Assembly (NCBI GenBank): GCA_963810095.1
Contig: CAWEMM010000006.1
Coordinates: forward strand, 1,280,001 to 1,344,000
Reading direction: 5' to 3'
Length of the DNA stretch: 64,000 nucleotides
From: an uncultured Chloroflexia bacterium
GTDB lineage: Bacteria > Chloroflexota > Anaerolineae > CG2-30-64-16
A model generated the notes under the pieces. It did no database searches. It was not told the origin of the DNA and saw only the letters and a program-made list of their open reading frames with translations. This document shows positions 20,329 to 30,428 of this stretch, piece by piece; within the stretch, counting starts at the first letter, position 1, and every line of letters starts with the position of its first letter. The translations under genes were made by a program, and so were the position numbers.

Positions 20329-21875
20329 CTAGCCGTCAACGGAAGCCGCCTCGCCCTGTTTCGCGCGGATTTCGGGCGTCAGCTCGATCGGGAACGAGTA
20401 GGACTCCTGGGTTCGTGCATCGTGGAGGATGCGGCTGATCATCCCGGTCGTCGAACGGTTCTCGATATACGGCAGAATCTGCACCGAGCCGCCGTACGCC
20501 TCGACCACCGCTGCCTCGGGCAGCGTCTCCGGGTGTAGTCGCCGCCCTTGACGAAGATGTCGGGTTGCAGGATTTCCAGCAGCCCGGCCGGCGTCTGCTC
20601 GTCGAACGAGATCAGGAAGTCGACGCTGCTCAGGCCGGCCAGCACCTGCAGCCGGTCCTCCAGCCCGTTGATCGGTCGGGTCGGACCCTTAAGCCGCTGG
20701 ACGCTTTCGTCCGTGTTCACCGCCACCACCAGCACGTCGCCCAGGGCCTTGGCCTGGTTGAGATACGTGATGTGGCCGCGGTGCAGGATGTCGAAGCACC
20801 CGTTGGTAAACACGACCCGGCGGCACCCGGTCCGCTCCTGCGCCAGCCGTTCGGCCAGCCGGTGTGCGTCGGCGTAGTATTTGTCGCCGCCCAGGAAGAA
20901 CGACTTTAGCTCGTCGACCGTGCAGGTGGTGGTGCCGGGCTTGGAGACCACGATACGGGCAGCGGCCTGTGCAATCTCCGCCGCATCCTCGGTCCCTGCG
21001 CCGGCCAGCAGCGACAGCGCGAGCGCGCTCACGAACGTATCGCCCGCGCCGGCCGCCTTCGAGTCCGGCTGCGCATCCGAGTAGGTGCGGTACGGCGCGT
21101 TGCCCCGTTCACACACCAGCGCGCCCTCGGTGTCCAGCGTAATCGCCGCAATCTGCGCGCCCGTCATTTCGAGCATCCGGTCGGCGTGCGGTGCGATCTG
21201 TTCGGCCCGCGCACACGCGCCTTCCAGCTTGGGCAGGCCCAGCAGCTTGACCGCTTCGCCGTAGTTCGGCTTGACCGCGGTCACGCCGAGCGCCTGGTAG
21301 CGCGTCAGGTTCCTGGCGTCCACCGTCATGATCTTCGGATACCACGCCTGGAGGTCTTCCAACGCTTCCAGCACCCGCGGCGTCAGCACGCCATAACCGT
21401 AGTCCGAGACGATCACCCCGTCCACGTCCGGGAAGAGCTGTCCCAGCCGCTCGATGAGGGTCGCCTCGCTCTCCGCATTGATCGGGCCCGTGTCGCCCTG
21501 GTCGAAGCGCACGAGCATCTGCCCCCCCGCCGACACCCGCCGCTTGGCCAGGGTGCGCCGGCCGTGTTCGACCACCACGTGCTGGGTGTCGACCCCACGC
21601 GCCTCGAGCACGCTGTGCAGCAGGTGTCCGTCCTCGTCGTCGCCCGCGACGGAAAGGAATGTGACCCGGCCGCCCAGGGTTGCCACGTTCACGGCCGTGT
21701 TAGCCGCGCCGCCGCCCGCGTCCTTGCGGTCGGTCACCGTCACCACCGGCACCGGCGCCTCGCGTGACAGCCGGTCCGTATAGCCGTCCAGATAACTATC
21801 CAACATCGCCTCGCCGATCACCAGTACGTGCAAATTGGCGAACCGATGCGTCAGGTCCAGTATCCCCGCATTCAT
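20329..21875 (-). CDS. hldE: Bifunctional heptose-7-phosphate kinase / heptose-1-phosphate nucleotidyltransferase (frameshift near 20535)
   Basis: GEAMLDSY, SREAPVPV, GGAANTA, SDYGYG and AAGAGDT (PfkB); FTNGCFDILHRGH, KGPTRP, KGGDY and RSTT (nucleotidyltransferase). Confidence 0.9.
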
Positions 21876-21898
21876 ACTATCTTCCTTTTGAACCCGAA

Positions 21899-21991
21899 AT
21901 GGAACGCAGATTGAACTGATGCAACTGATGAACCGGATCCTTGCTTTTTGGATCAGGCGCACCCGCCCGGTCAGTCAAATCAGCGTCCCAT
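21899..21991. repeat. Dispersed palindromic repeat family A (GGAACGCAGATTGAACTGAT...ATCAGCGTCC)
   Basis: Imperfect inverted repeat; homologous to 37181, 55633, 52507 (half) and 7102. Confidence 0.75.
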
Positions 21992-21996
21992 CTCGC

Positions 21997-22665
21997 TCAC
22001 ACCTTCACGCCCTCTACGAGCAAAATCCGTTCGGCAGCGGCCCCCAGGTCGGGGGCGACGAAATCCGGCCGCCGCTCCGCGCTCAGCTCCCACTCCGTCT
22101 CATTGCCGTTGTCCAGCAGAATCGTCCGGCAGCCTGCCCGGCGGCCGGCCTCGACATCATTCAGGATGTCCCCGATCAGCCACGACCGCTGCAGGTCGAC
22201 GCCGTGCTCGCGGGCCGCTGCCAGAATCATCCCCGGCGCCGGCTTGCGACAAGCACATGCAATGGCGTACTCGGGAACGCTGCCCTCGGGATGGTGCGGG
22301 CAGGTGTAGAAGCCATCCAGCCGCACATCCCACTCTGCCAGCAGCGCATCCAGCCGCTCGGCTACGCGGGCCAGCGCCGCCTCAGGGAACAGCCCCCGCG
22401 CGACGCCCGACTGGTTCGACACGACGATCAGCTTGAAGCCGGCATCCCGCAGGCTGCGCAGCGCCTCGCCTGCGCCGGGCGTCAGCCGGATCAGCGCAGG
22501 GTCGACGTTGAACGGCACATCCTCGATCAGCGTCCCGTCCTTGTCGAGAAACACCGCGGGTGCACGTTCAACACAAGGACACAAAGACGCGAGGACTTTC
22601 CGAGTATTCTCTGCGGTGCCCTGGGCCATGGTGCCTTTGTGCCTTTGTGTTATTTGCTCGCTCAC
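21997..22665 (-). CDS. gmhB: D-glycero-D-manno-heptose-1,7-bisphosphate phosphatase (HAD-IIIA)
   Basis: FLDKDGTL, SNQSGVARG, CPHHPEG, CACRKPAPGM and IGD...DVEAG; GTGA overlap with the SDR stop. Confidence 0.9.
   Translation of the reverse strand: MSEQITQRHKGTMAQGTAENTRKVLASLCPCVERAPAVFLDKDGTLIEDVPFNVDPALIRLTPGAGEALRSLRDAGFKLIVVSNQSGVARGLFPEAALARVAERLDALLAEWDVRLDGFYTCPHHPEGSVPEYAIACACRKPAPGMILAAAREHGVDLQRSWLIGDILNDVEAGRRAGCRTILLDNGNETEWELSAERRPDFVAPDLGAAAERILLVEGVKV
22570..22651. repeat. Family B repeat inside the gmhB 5' coding region
   Basis: aacacaaggacacaaagac...gtgcctttgtgcctttgtgtt, the same arms as 4157-4224. Confidence 0.8.
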
Positions 22666-23387
22666 GGCCAGCTGGTCTCCCGCATGGGGAGAACCATGAT
22701 CTCGGAGATCACGGTCTCTTCGGGCTGCGTGAGCACGAAGCGCACCGTCGCGGCTACGTTCTTCGGATCCTGCAGGTTGTTCACGTCAATGTCGGGGAAG
22801 CGGTCGAGCAGGAACGCCGTCTTCATGCCCCCTGCGATCACTGCGGTCACCTTGATGTTCGCCGGGCGGCCTTCGGCATGGAGCGCATAGGACAGCCCCA
22901 GCAGGCCCCACTTGCTCGCATGGTAGACCGAGGCGTTAGGCCACGCCCGCTTGGCTGCGGTCGACACGATGTTGACCATCTGGCCGCGGCCCTGCTGCTT
23001 GAAATGCGGGAAACCGTACTTGGCCATCAGGAACGGGCCGCGCAGGTTCACGTCCATGACCAGGTCCCAGTCCTTCGTTTCCAGTTCGTCCACGGGCAGC
23101 GTAACGTCGGTGCCCGCGTTGTTCACGATCACGTCCAGCTTGCCGTGCTTCTCGACGATCTGCGCCAGCGCGGCCTTCACGCTGCCCTCGTCGGTCACGT
23201 CCAGCCGCACGGCCTCGGCTTGTTGTCCCTGGCCGCAAAGGTCATCAACGACCTTCTGCGCCAACTCCGTGCGGATATCGCCCACGATCACGGTCGCGCC
23301 CGCCTCGGCCAGCACCCGGCTAATCTGTTCACCCAGCCCGCGCCCGCCGCCCGTCACCACGACGACCTTACCCTGAATCCCTTCCAT
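22662..23387 (-). CDS. Classical short-chain dehydrogenase/reductase
   Basis: TGGGRGLG, NNAG and YHASK. Confidence 0.9.
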   Translation of the reverse strand: MEGIQGKVVVVTGGGRGLGEQISRVLAEAGATVIVGDIRTELAQKVVDDLCGQGQQAEAVRLDVTDEGSVKAALAQIVEKHGKLDVIVNNAGTDVTLPVDELETKDWDLVMDVNLRGPFLMAKYGFPHFKQQGRGQMVNIVSTAAKRAWPNASVYHASKWGLLGLSYALHAEGRPANIKVTAVIAGGMKTAFLLDRFPDIDVNNLQDPKNVAATVRFVLTQPEETVISEIMVLPMRETSWP

Positions 23388-23457
23388 CTCTTCCTCCCAC
23401 CATCTGCTCTTCTACGTAGCGGCACACAGCGTTGCTCGTGCGCCGCCACGTAGAACA

Positions 23458-25393
23458 CTAAACCTTTGAAAATACGTCCCAGGTCAACGGCACGCCCGCG
23501 GCCGGCAGGGCCATCATACGCTCGTCGATCAACTCGCAGATGAGATGCAGCGCCACAATGTGCACTTCCTGGATGCGCGGGGTGTTCGAGCTTGGCGCAA
23601 CGATCGAGATGTCGCTCAACTCGAGCAGCTCCCCGCCGTTGCCGCCCGTCAGGCTGATACACGTCAGCCCCTGCCGCCGCGCCGCGTCGAATGCTTCGAT
23701 GACATTCCGCGAGCGCCCGCTCGTGCTGATACCGATCAGGACGTCGCCCGGCCGGCCCAGCGCCTGCACCTGCCGCGCAAACACCTTCTCGAACGACACG
23801 TCATTGCCCCACGCCGTGACCACGGCGCTGTCAGCAGTCAGTGAAATGGCAGGCAGGCCCGGACGGTCGTGGTATTTGAAGCGCCCGACGAGCTCGCCCA
23901 CCAGATGCTGCGCATCCGCCGCGCTGCCGCCGTTCCCGCACACCAGCACCTTGCCCCCCGACTCGAACGCATTCGTGATGGCCTGTGCGGCTTCCACGAC
24001 GGTGTTCCGCAGCAGCTTGCCCGCCTGCAGCATCACCTCGCTCGCGGTCGCAAACGCCTCGTCGACGAGCGCATAGTGGTCGACCTCGTGTTGCAGGCCC
24101 GGCTGGCGCGAACCGTCGGCCCAGCGGCTGGACCACTGCTCGCTCAGCACCTGCTCGTACATCGCGGCCATGGCGCCGGCCACCCGCTGCCACGTGAACA
24201 GGTCGTTGGCCCGGCGGATCGCCTGCTGGCGCAAGACCGTCATCACCTTCGGGTGACGGAACATGAACGCGAGGCGCTCGGCCACCGCATCCGCATCCCG
24301 AGGCGGCACCAGGTAGCCCGACTCGCCGTCGCGCACCGAGAACTTGATCCCGCCCACGTTCGCGCCGATCACCGGGCGTGCCGGAAGCCATCGCCTCCAG
24401 CGGCGTAATTCCGAACGGCTCGTACCACGGCGTGCTGATGAACACATCCGCCGCAGCGTAGTAGTAGCGCAGCTCTTCCCGGCGCCGGGCGCCGGTGAAA
24501 ATGACGCGGTCGGCCACGCCCTCGCTCTCCGCGATCGCCATGAGCCGGCCTATCTCCGGCGTCACCTTCGGATCGGGGTCGCGCGACTCGCCGCCGACGA
24601 TGATCAGCTTCGCCCGGACGCCGTGCTCACGGACCAGCTTCGCAAAGCCCAGCAGCGCCGTGTCCACGCCCTTGCGCGGCACCATGCGGCCCAACTGCAG
24701 GACCACCCGCTCGTCCTTGGCCAGCTTCAAGCCCAGCTTTCGCCGCGCCCGGACCTTGTCCATCGGCCAGAACTCCGTGGGGTCAAACCCCGCCGGGACG
24801 ATCGTCAGCCGCTCGACGTCCGCGTCGTACAGCCGGATCAGGTCTTCCTCGTCCTGCGGGCACTCTGCCACGACCTGGTCGGCCTCATGCACGATCCGGT
24901 CTTCGATGCGGAACCGCTGGTCAGAGAAGCCATCGGCCTCACCCTGGTGCAGCCGCCGCACCTTGCCCAGCGCGTGGAAGGTGATCACGAAGGGGATGCC
25001 CGTCGCGCGCTTGATGTCCGCGGCCACCAGGCCCGACATGAAGAAGTGTGCGTGAATCAGGTCGTAGACGTGCGTCACGCCGCGGTCTTCTTGCCGGCGG
25101 AAGAACTGCAGCATCCATTCGCGGAATTCGTCCATCAGCGGCAGCATGTCTTCCTTGCGAACGAAGCTGGCCGGCCCCGCCTCCACGTGGATGATCCGCA
25201 CCCGGTCGATCCAGTTCACGATCTCCGGCAGGTCGCGGCGGTCGCGGCGGGTGAAGACGTCCACCTCGTAGCCCAACGCGGCCAGGTGCTTCGCCAACTG
25301 CGCCACGTATACGTTCTGCCCGCCCCCGTCGGTGCCGCCCAGGTTCCCCAAAGGCGAGGCATGCTCGCTGATAAATGCGATCCTTCGCGTCAT
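23458..25393 (-). CDS. gmhA: GT4 (MshA-like) glycosyltransferase fused to phosphoheptose isomerase GmhA (frameshift near 24375)
   Basis: SEHASPL..GGQNVYV, GRMVPRKG and YEPFGITPLEAMA (GT4); CGNGGSAADAQH, STSGRS and RIQEVH (GmhA). The GT C-terminus and GmhA share one frame. Confidence 0.85.
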
Positions 25394-26484
25394 CGCTGAT
25401 ACTCCTTATATGCCGCGGGAGTGCTCGGGGAACCGGGTTTCGTCGAGAAAGCCGGTTCTTTTGCCCCTGCAGCCCCGGTGGCAACCCCGGCCCATGTCCG
25501 CCGGCCGGCCACAAACTCGAACGCGCTGCTCCAATCGCGCACGAATCGCTCGATGCCGAAACGCTCGCGCGCGATGTGCCGCGCTCCCTTGCTCAATTCG
25601 GCCGCCTCGCTCGGATCGTCGAGGAGCCGCTGCATGTGGTCTACCAGTGTGTCCACATTTGTGTCCACATAACCATTAATGCCGTTTCTCACGGCAGTCA
25701 CCATCTCGGTCGTCGCCAGCCCGATGATGGGCATTCCCAGCATCATGGCCTCGCACACCGCAAGCCCCAGGCTGGTGTAGCGGATCGGGTTGAAGAAGAA
25801 GCGATAGCGCGTCTCCATCTTCCACAGGTCCTGGAGCGGAATGGCCCCCAGCCCGCCGAGTTCGGCCGACTCCATGCCCGCCAGGTCCAGCGGAATCTGC
25901 TCGCGCACGTTCTCGAACACGTCCAGCCCCAGCCGGCGGCCGCGTTTCTTCAGCCCGTTGACCACCACCATGCCGCGCTCGAGCTCGCCGGTCCACCGCA
26001 GGTTGTCTGGAACGATCACGCCGTGGTCGATGACGATCGTCGGCGTGCGTCCTCCCGAGGGGAGGGTGTTGTCCCACATCAGGTTGTTGAAATGGGTCAC
26101 ATGGACGAGCAGCACGTTCGGGTCGTCGACGATGTGGCGGGTGTTGGTGGGCGCATCCTGGGGCGCATGCCGCGGCGGGTCGTGCTCCAGGTAAATCCGG
26201 GGCAGGTCGCGCTGTTCGTCCGAGAGGATCTCATACTGGTCCACCTCGTAGTTCTTGCGCGACTGGAAGAGGATCACGTCGAACTTCTGGTTCCTGACTT
26301 CCTCGGCAGGCACATCGAACATATTATCCGGCCAGGCGAAATCCCCGGCCCGGCCGCCATACCCCTCAGGTCGAGGCGCCCCGGCGGGCTGTCCTGGCTT
26401 TACGGGCAGATAGAACTCGTGCTGGCGGTTCTGCACCAGGTAGTACAGGTAGCTGCCGTGCACGTGCCACGTTAAAATCTTCAT
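25390..26484 (-). CDS. GT-B fold (GT4-like) glycosyltransferase
   Basis: WHVHGSYL N-terminus, SLGLAVCEAMMLGMP, NGINGYV and FGIERF..W. Confidence 0.8.
   Translation of the reverse strand: MKILTWHVHGSYLYYLVQNRQHEFYLPVKPGQPAGAPRPEGYGGRAGDFAWPDNMFDVPAEEVRNQKFDVILFQSRKNYEVDQYEILSDEQRDLPRIYLEHDPPRHAPQDAPTNTRHIVDDPNVLLVHVTHFNNLMWDNTLPSGGRTPTIVIDHGVIVPDNLRWTGELERGMVVVNGLKKRGRRLGLDVFENVREQIPLDLAGMESAELGGLGAIPLQDLWKMETRYRFFFNPIRYTSLGLAVCEAMMLGMPIIGLATTEMVTAVRNGINGYVDTNVDTLVDHMQRLLDDPSEAAELSKGARHIARERFGIERFVRDWSSAFEFVAGRRTWAGVATGAAGAKEPAFSTKPGSPSTPAAYKEYQR
25430..25458. repeat. Family C palindrome inside the glycosyltransferase C-terminal coding sequence
   Basis: gaaccgggtttcgtcgagaaagccggttc closely matches the intergenic copy at 9005; encodes EPAFSTKPGS. 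Confidence 0.6.
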
Positions 26485-26587
26485 CCATCACTCCTCACAC
26501 ATCCGATACAACACACTTGCCAACTCAACCGCAGGCGCTCCTCACCGAGCACCGGTCATTTCGTTTCGCTTCGCCCAACGCACATCG

Positions 26588-27737
26588 CTAAGTGGCGATC
26601 AGTGCCTCCCCGCGCATGGACCGCCCGCCGGGCCCGGCCCGCTCGAGCAGATCGAGTGCTGCGGCCACCACGCTGGCCGGCTCGAAATCCAGGCACTCCA
26701 TGTTATACGGACACTGAAACTGGAAGCACGGCGAGCACGCCGTCTCGCGGCGCAGCAGGGTGGCGGGCGCCGAGCGCGGGCGCCACTGGCTCTCCCACTC
26801 GGTGCCCGAGTACATGATCACCATCGGCCGGCCCAGCGCGTCGGCCATGTGCAGCGGTCCCGAGTTATTCGCGATGACCAGGGCGGCCCGGTCGATCACG
26901 GCCGCCAGTTCGGGCACGCCCGTGCGGCCCGCCAGCGAGACGAGCCGGCGCGCGCCCCCGGCGCTCAGCATCGGCGCGACCAGGTCCGCCTCGCGCTCGC
27001 TGCCCAGCAGCACCACGGTGAGCGGTTGGCCCGTGGCCGGGTGCCCGAGGCCCGCCAGGCTATGGGCAACCGCCCCGTACCGCGCCGGGTCATACCGCCG
27101 CGACGCCGCGCTGGCCCCGGGCGCCAGCGCCACGAACGCGTCGCCCGGCAGTCACCCCCACCGAAGCCAACAGGGCGCCGGCTCTCGCCTGCGCGTCGTG
27201 CGGGATGCGCACCTCGAGATCCGCGCCGGCCGGCTCAAAGCCCGCGCTCGCCAGCAGGTGCAGGTTGCGGTCCACCTGGTGCGCGTCGTCGGGCAGCGGC
27301 CGCACCCACTGGGTCACCACCCCGCCCGCAAACTCCTTGGATTGCGCGATGCGGAGCGGCACGCCCGCCAGGTAACAGGCGTACGCCGGCGGATAGGGTG
27401 ACTGGGTGAAGCTCGTGAAGATGATGGCGGCATCGAACCCGCCCGTGCGGATTTCGTCCACCAGCGCCAGTTCCCTCTCGGGATGCAAGCCCCAGGCGCC
27501 CGAAATGTCCTGCCAGAGCACCCGTTGCACCATGAGGTCATCCACCCACGGCAGGAGCGACGCGGCCTGGCTTCCGCCGGGGGTCGCCATGAGCGTGATG
27601 GATGCGCGGGGCAAGTTCGCCCGGATGGTCCGCAGGGCAGGGCCCAGCATGATCACGTCGCCGATGTTGTCCAGACGAACGACCAGGATTCGGCGGGCAT
27701 CCCGCCAGGCGGCCTCAAGGATGGGACGTGAGGACAC
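26588..27737 (-). CDS. Glycosyltransferase family 9, frameshift near 27150
   Basis: [39 protein letters not shown] and [10 protein letters not shown]. Confidence 0.9.
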
Positions 27738-28845
27738 GGGCTGCCGCCTCCACCTTCTGCACGCCGGGCGCGCTCGCCGCCGTCTTTCGCCTTGCCCCGC
27801 CGCCCTGCTTGGGTCGGCGCTCGATCAACGCGTAGGCCTCGCGCAAGATCGCATCCGGCCCGATCTCTTCCGCTGACGCGTGTTCGGCAGGCGCGCCAGC
27901 ACCCGACGACCCGGTGCAGCTCCCGGTCGAGCGGCGCCCAGCGCCGGGGATCCGAGGCGATAAAGACGATCACGCTTGGCACGCCCAGGGCCGCGGCCAG
28001 GTGCGAGACGCCGGTGTCGTTGCTGACCAGCAGGCTCGCACGGCTTAGACAGTGCAGCCATCGCGCCCAGGTTGGTCCGGCCGGCCAGGTTCACGCGCCC
28101 GGTAGCGCATGCGGCGTGCCACTTCCGCGGCGACCGGCGCCTCGTCAGGCGTGCCCGTGAGGACGACCGCGTACCCGTCGCGCGCCAGGTAGTCGGCCAC
28201 GGCGGCAAAGCCCTCGGGCGACCAGCGCCGAGCCGGCTCGGATGCGCCGGGGTGCAGCGCCACAAACGGGCGGTCGATCACCTCGCCCAGTTCCGGCACG
28301 GCCCGCATCGCCGCCCGGTCTGCGTCGAGCAGCGGGAACTCCAACTCCTCGCCCTGATCCGGCACGCCGAGATGCGCCAGCAAGCGCAGCCAGCGCCGCA
28401 CCTCGTGGTCCGACTCGTCGAGCGGCAGGAAACGGGCGGTGTCTGGGCAGTAGGCGCCAACGCCGTTGGCGGCGCGGGCAAAGTACCCCGCATTCGCCCG
28501 GGCCCCCAGCATGACGGTAAAGGGGTTCATCAGCGAACCGTTGCCGTGCATCTGGATCGCCAGGTCGAACCCCCGCGCTTGCGCATCGGCGAAAAAGCCC
28601 GGCAGGCGCGCCACGTCGACCGTCTCTTCGGGAATGCCGGGAAAACCGGGAAACGGCAGGATTTCGTCCACGTAGTGGCTGAAGCGCGATACGAGGGGCT
28701 GTGAGGCCGCCAGGGCCAGAAGGGTGATCTGGGACTGGGGTAAGTGCGCACGCAGCGCGCGCAAGGCGGGAACGACGCAGAGGAAATCGCCCAGTCCCTT
28801 CAACGCGCGCACGACTACAACTCGATCCAACTCCAACCCACTCAT
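27715..28845 (-). CDS. Glycosyltransferase family 9 (frameshifted, 3' end approximate)
   Basis: [27 protein letters not shown] and [14 protein letters not shown]. Confidence 0.85.
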
Positions 28846-28923
28846 GTCTCACCCGTCAATACAAGATTCCGAGAAGGTCCAGGTCAACTCTTGTTCACGC
28901 AACTACCCTTCTCGTAGTGCTAT

Positions 28924-29026
28924 TTGTGCACTCTGACGAATGGTACAATTAAAATACTGGGAATTCATTAGGCGAGTGCACAAGTTGCATGATCGGCGCG
29001 AGTGCGCCGCTTGTGCAATTGCACAG
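28924..29026. promoter_or_regulatory. Three candidate CdaR/PucR-family operators (TTGTGC-N4/5-GCACAA-like)
   Basis: ttgtgcactctgacgaa (28924), ttaggcgagtgcacaa (28968) and ttgtgcaattgcacag (29011; contains a perfect 14-bp palindrome) in an AT-rich intergenic region. Confidence 0.6.
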
Positions 29027-29042
29027 GGACGGGGAAGCTATC

Positions 29043-30278
29043 CTACAAAGTTGATTCGGAATTAAGGGAGCGAATAAGGAGCGCCAGCCGGATTTGGACC
29101 GCGTCGTCGAAACGGCGGGGATCGAGGCCGGTCAGCGCGGCGATCTTGTCGAGCCGGTAGCTGAGCGTGTTACGGTGAATCGCCAGGTCGCTTGCTGTGG
29201 CCGAGGGTGAGCAGTTGGCGGCGAAGAAGGTGGAAAGCGTGTGCAGCAGCTCGGGCTCGTGGTCCAGCGGACCGAGCAGGTACTGCGCCAGCTCATGCTT
29301 CGTGCGATCGTCCGAGATGCCGACGAAACCGGCCACGCCCATCTCGTCGAGGCAGTGCACCCGGTTATGTCCGCGGATGCGCCGGCCCAGGGTCAGCGCA
29401 GCCCGCGCGTCCCGGTAGGAGTGCCCCAGGCCGCGCAGGCCCGGGTGATAGCGGCCGATCGCAATGCTGACCGAGCCGCCCGTGTCGTTCCGCAGCCGCG
29501 CCAGCAGCGCATTTGCCGCCCGCTTCAGCGCCGCCAGGTTGGCCCACGACCCGTTGATGTCGTCGCCGGCGCCTTCGCCCGACACCCAGGGGGTCAGGTT
29601 CTTCGTGTTGGTGGCCTTGAGCACCGCCACTGTCCCTTCGCCGATGTACGCACAGATCGTCTCGTTGGACAGGTGGAAGAAACTGACGATGCTGCTGATG
29701 ATAAACTGCGCCTGCCGCTGCACCCGCGCCGCCTGCATCCCGCCCGAGTCGCCCTGTGGGTTGCCGGAGCCGCCGTTTCGTCCGTTCCCGTTGCCAAACA
29801 GGTAGTCGGACGCGTCGATCAGCACCACCGCCCGCGGCGGCGTGAGATCCATGCCCAGGAAGCGGGCCTGGGTCAGGATTTGCTCCTCGTCCTGGATGCG
29901 ACCGTGCAGCAGGTCGAAGATCAGCTTGTTCTTGACTTCGTGCTGGTTCGGCAGCCGGTCGATGACGGCCATCTCGTTGATAATCATCTCGACCAACGCC
30001 TGCGCGACCCTCGGCGAAACCGGCTCGACGTCCTCGGACTGGCCGACAACTACTTCGCCCGACTGGTCGCCCACCTTGAACGGCACCCGGAGGTACGCGC
30101 CCATGGCCTCGCCACTCAACTGCCCGGCCACCGCACGCGGCAAATCGGGCCCGCTCGTCGCCACGGTCCCGCCGCTCTCACTCATCACAAAAACCGGCGC
30201 ACGCAGAAGCTCCGAGACCTTTTCGGTCACAGATTCTGCCATGCGCCGGAACTGTCCGTCCACGTGCGTCCCTGCCAT
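29043..30278 (-). CDS. CdaR/PucR-family transcriptional regulator
   Basis: C-terminal LLHTLSTFF..S.TA..LAIHRNTLSYRLDKI..LTG HTH; GGDEF-like central domain; N-terminal sensor-like region. Confidence 0.9.
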   Translation of the reverse strand: MAGTHVDGQFRRMAESVTEKVSELLRAPVFVMSESGGTVATSGPDLPRAVAGQLSGEAMGAYLRVPFKVGDQSGEVVVGQSEDVEPVSPRVAQALVEMIINEMAVIDRLPNQHEVKNKLIFDLLHGRIQDEEQILTQARFLGMDLTPPRAVVLIDASDYLFGNGNGRNGGSGNPQGDSGGMQAARVQRQAQFIISSIVSFFHLSNETICAYIGEGTVAVLKATNTKNLTPWVSGEGAGDDINGSWANLAALKRAANALLARLRNDTGGSVSIAIGRYHPGLRGLGHSYRDARAALTLGRRIRGHNRVHCLDEMGVAGFVGISDDRTKHELAQYLLGPLDHEPELLHTLSTFFAANCSPSATASDLAIHRNTLSYRLDKIAALTGLDPRRFDDAVQIRLALLIRSLNSESTL

Positions 30279-30428
30279 CTCGATACGACCTCAACCCACT
30301 GCCAATACACTTCACTTCCCGACTCTAAGGGTAGCCGCAAGAACAACCCACGTGCAGGTATCCCTCTTACAAAGACAGTTGCAGCTGGACGTTGGGCATA
30401 CAATCGCCGCGAGCGCCGGGCAGCCGCC

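Noticed and set aside
22662-23387. SDR as the HldD (ADP-heptose 6-epimerase)
   Set aside because: It is a 241-aa classical SDR (TGxxxGxG, NNAG), not the longer extended-SDR epimerase type; its role is unknown.
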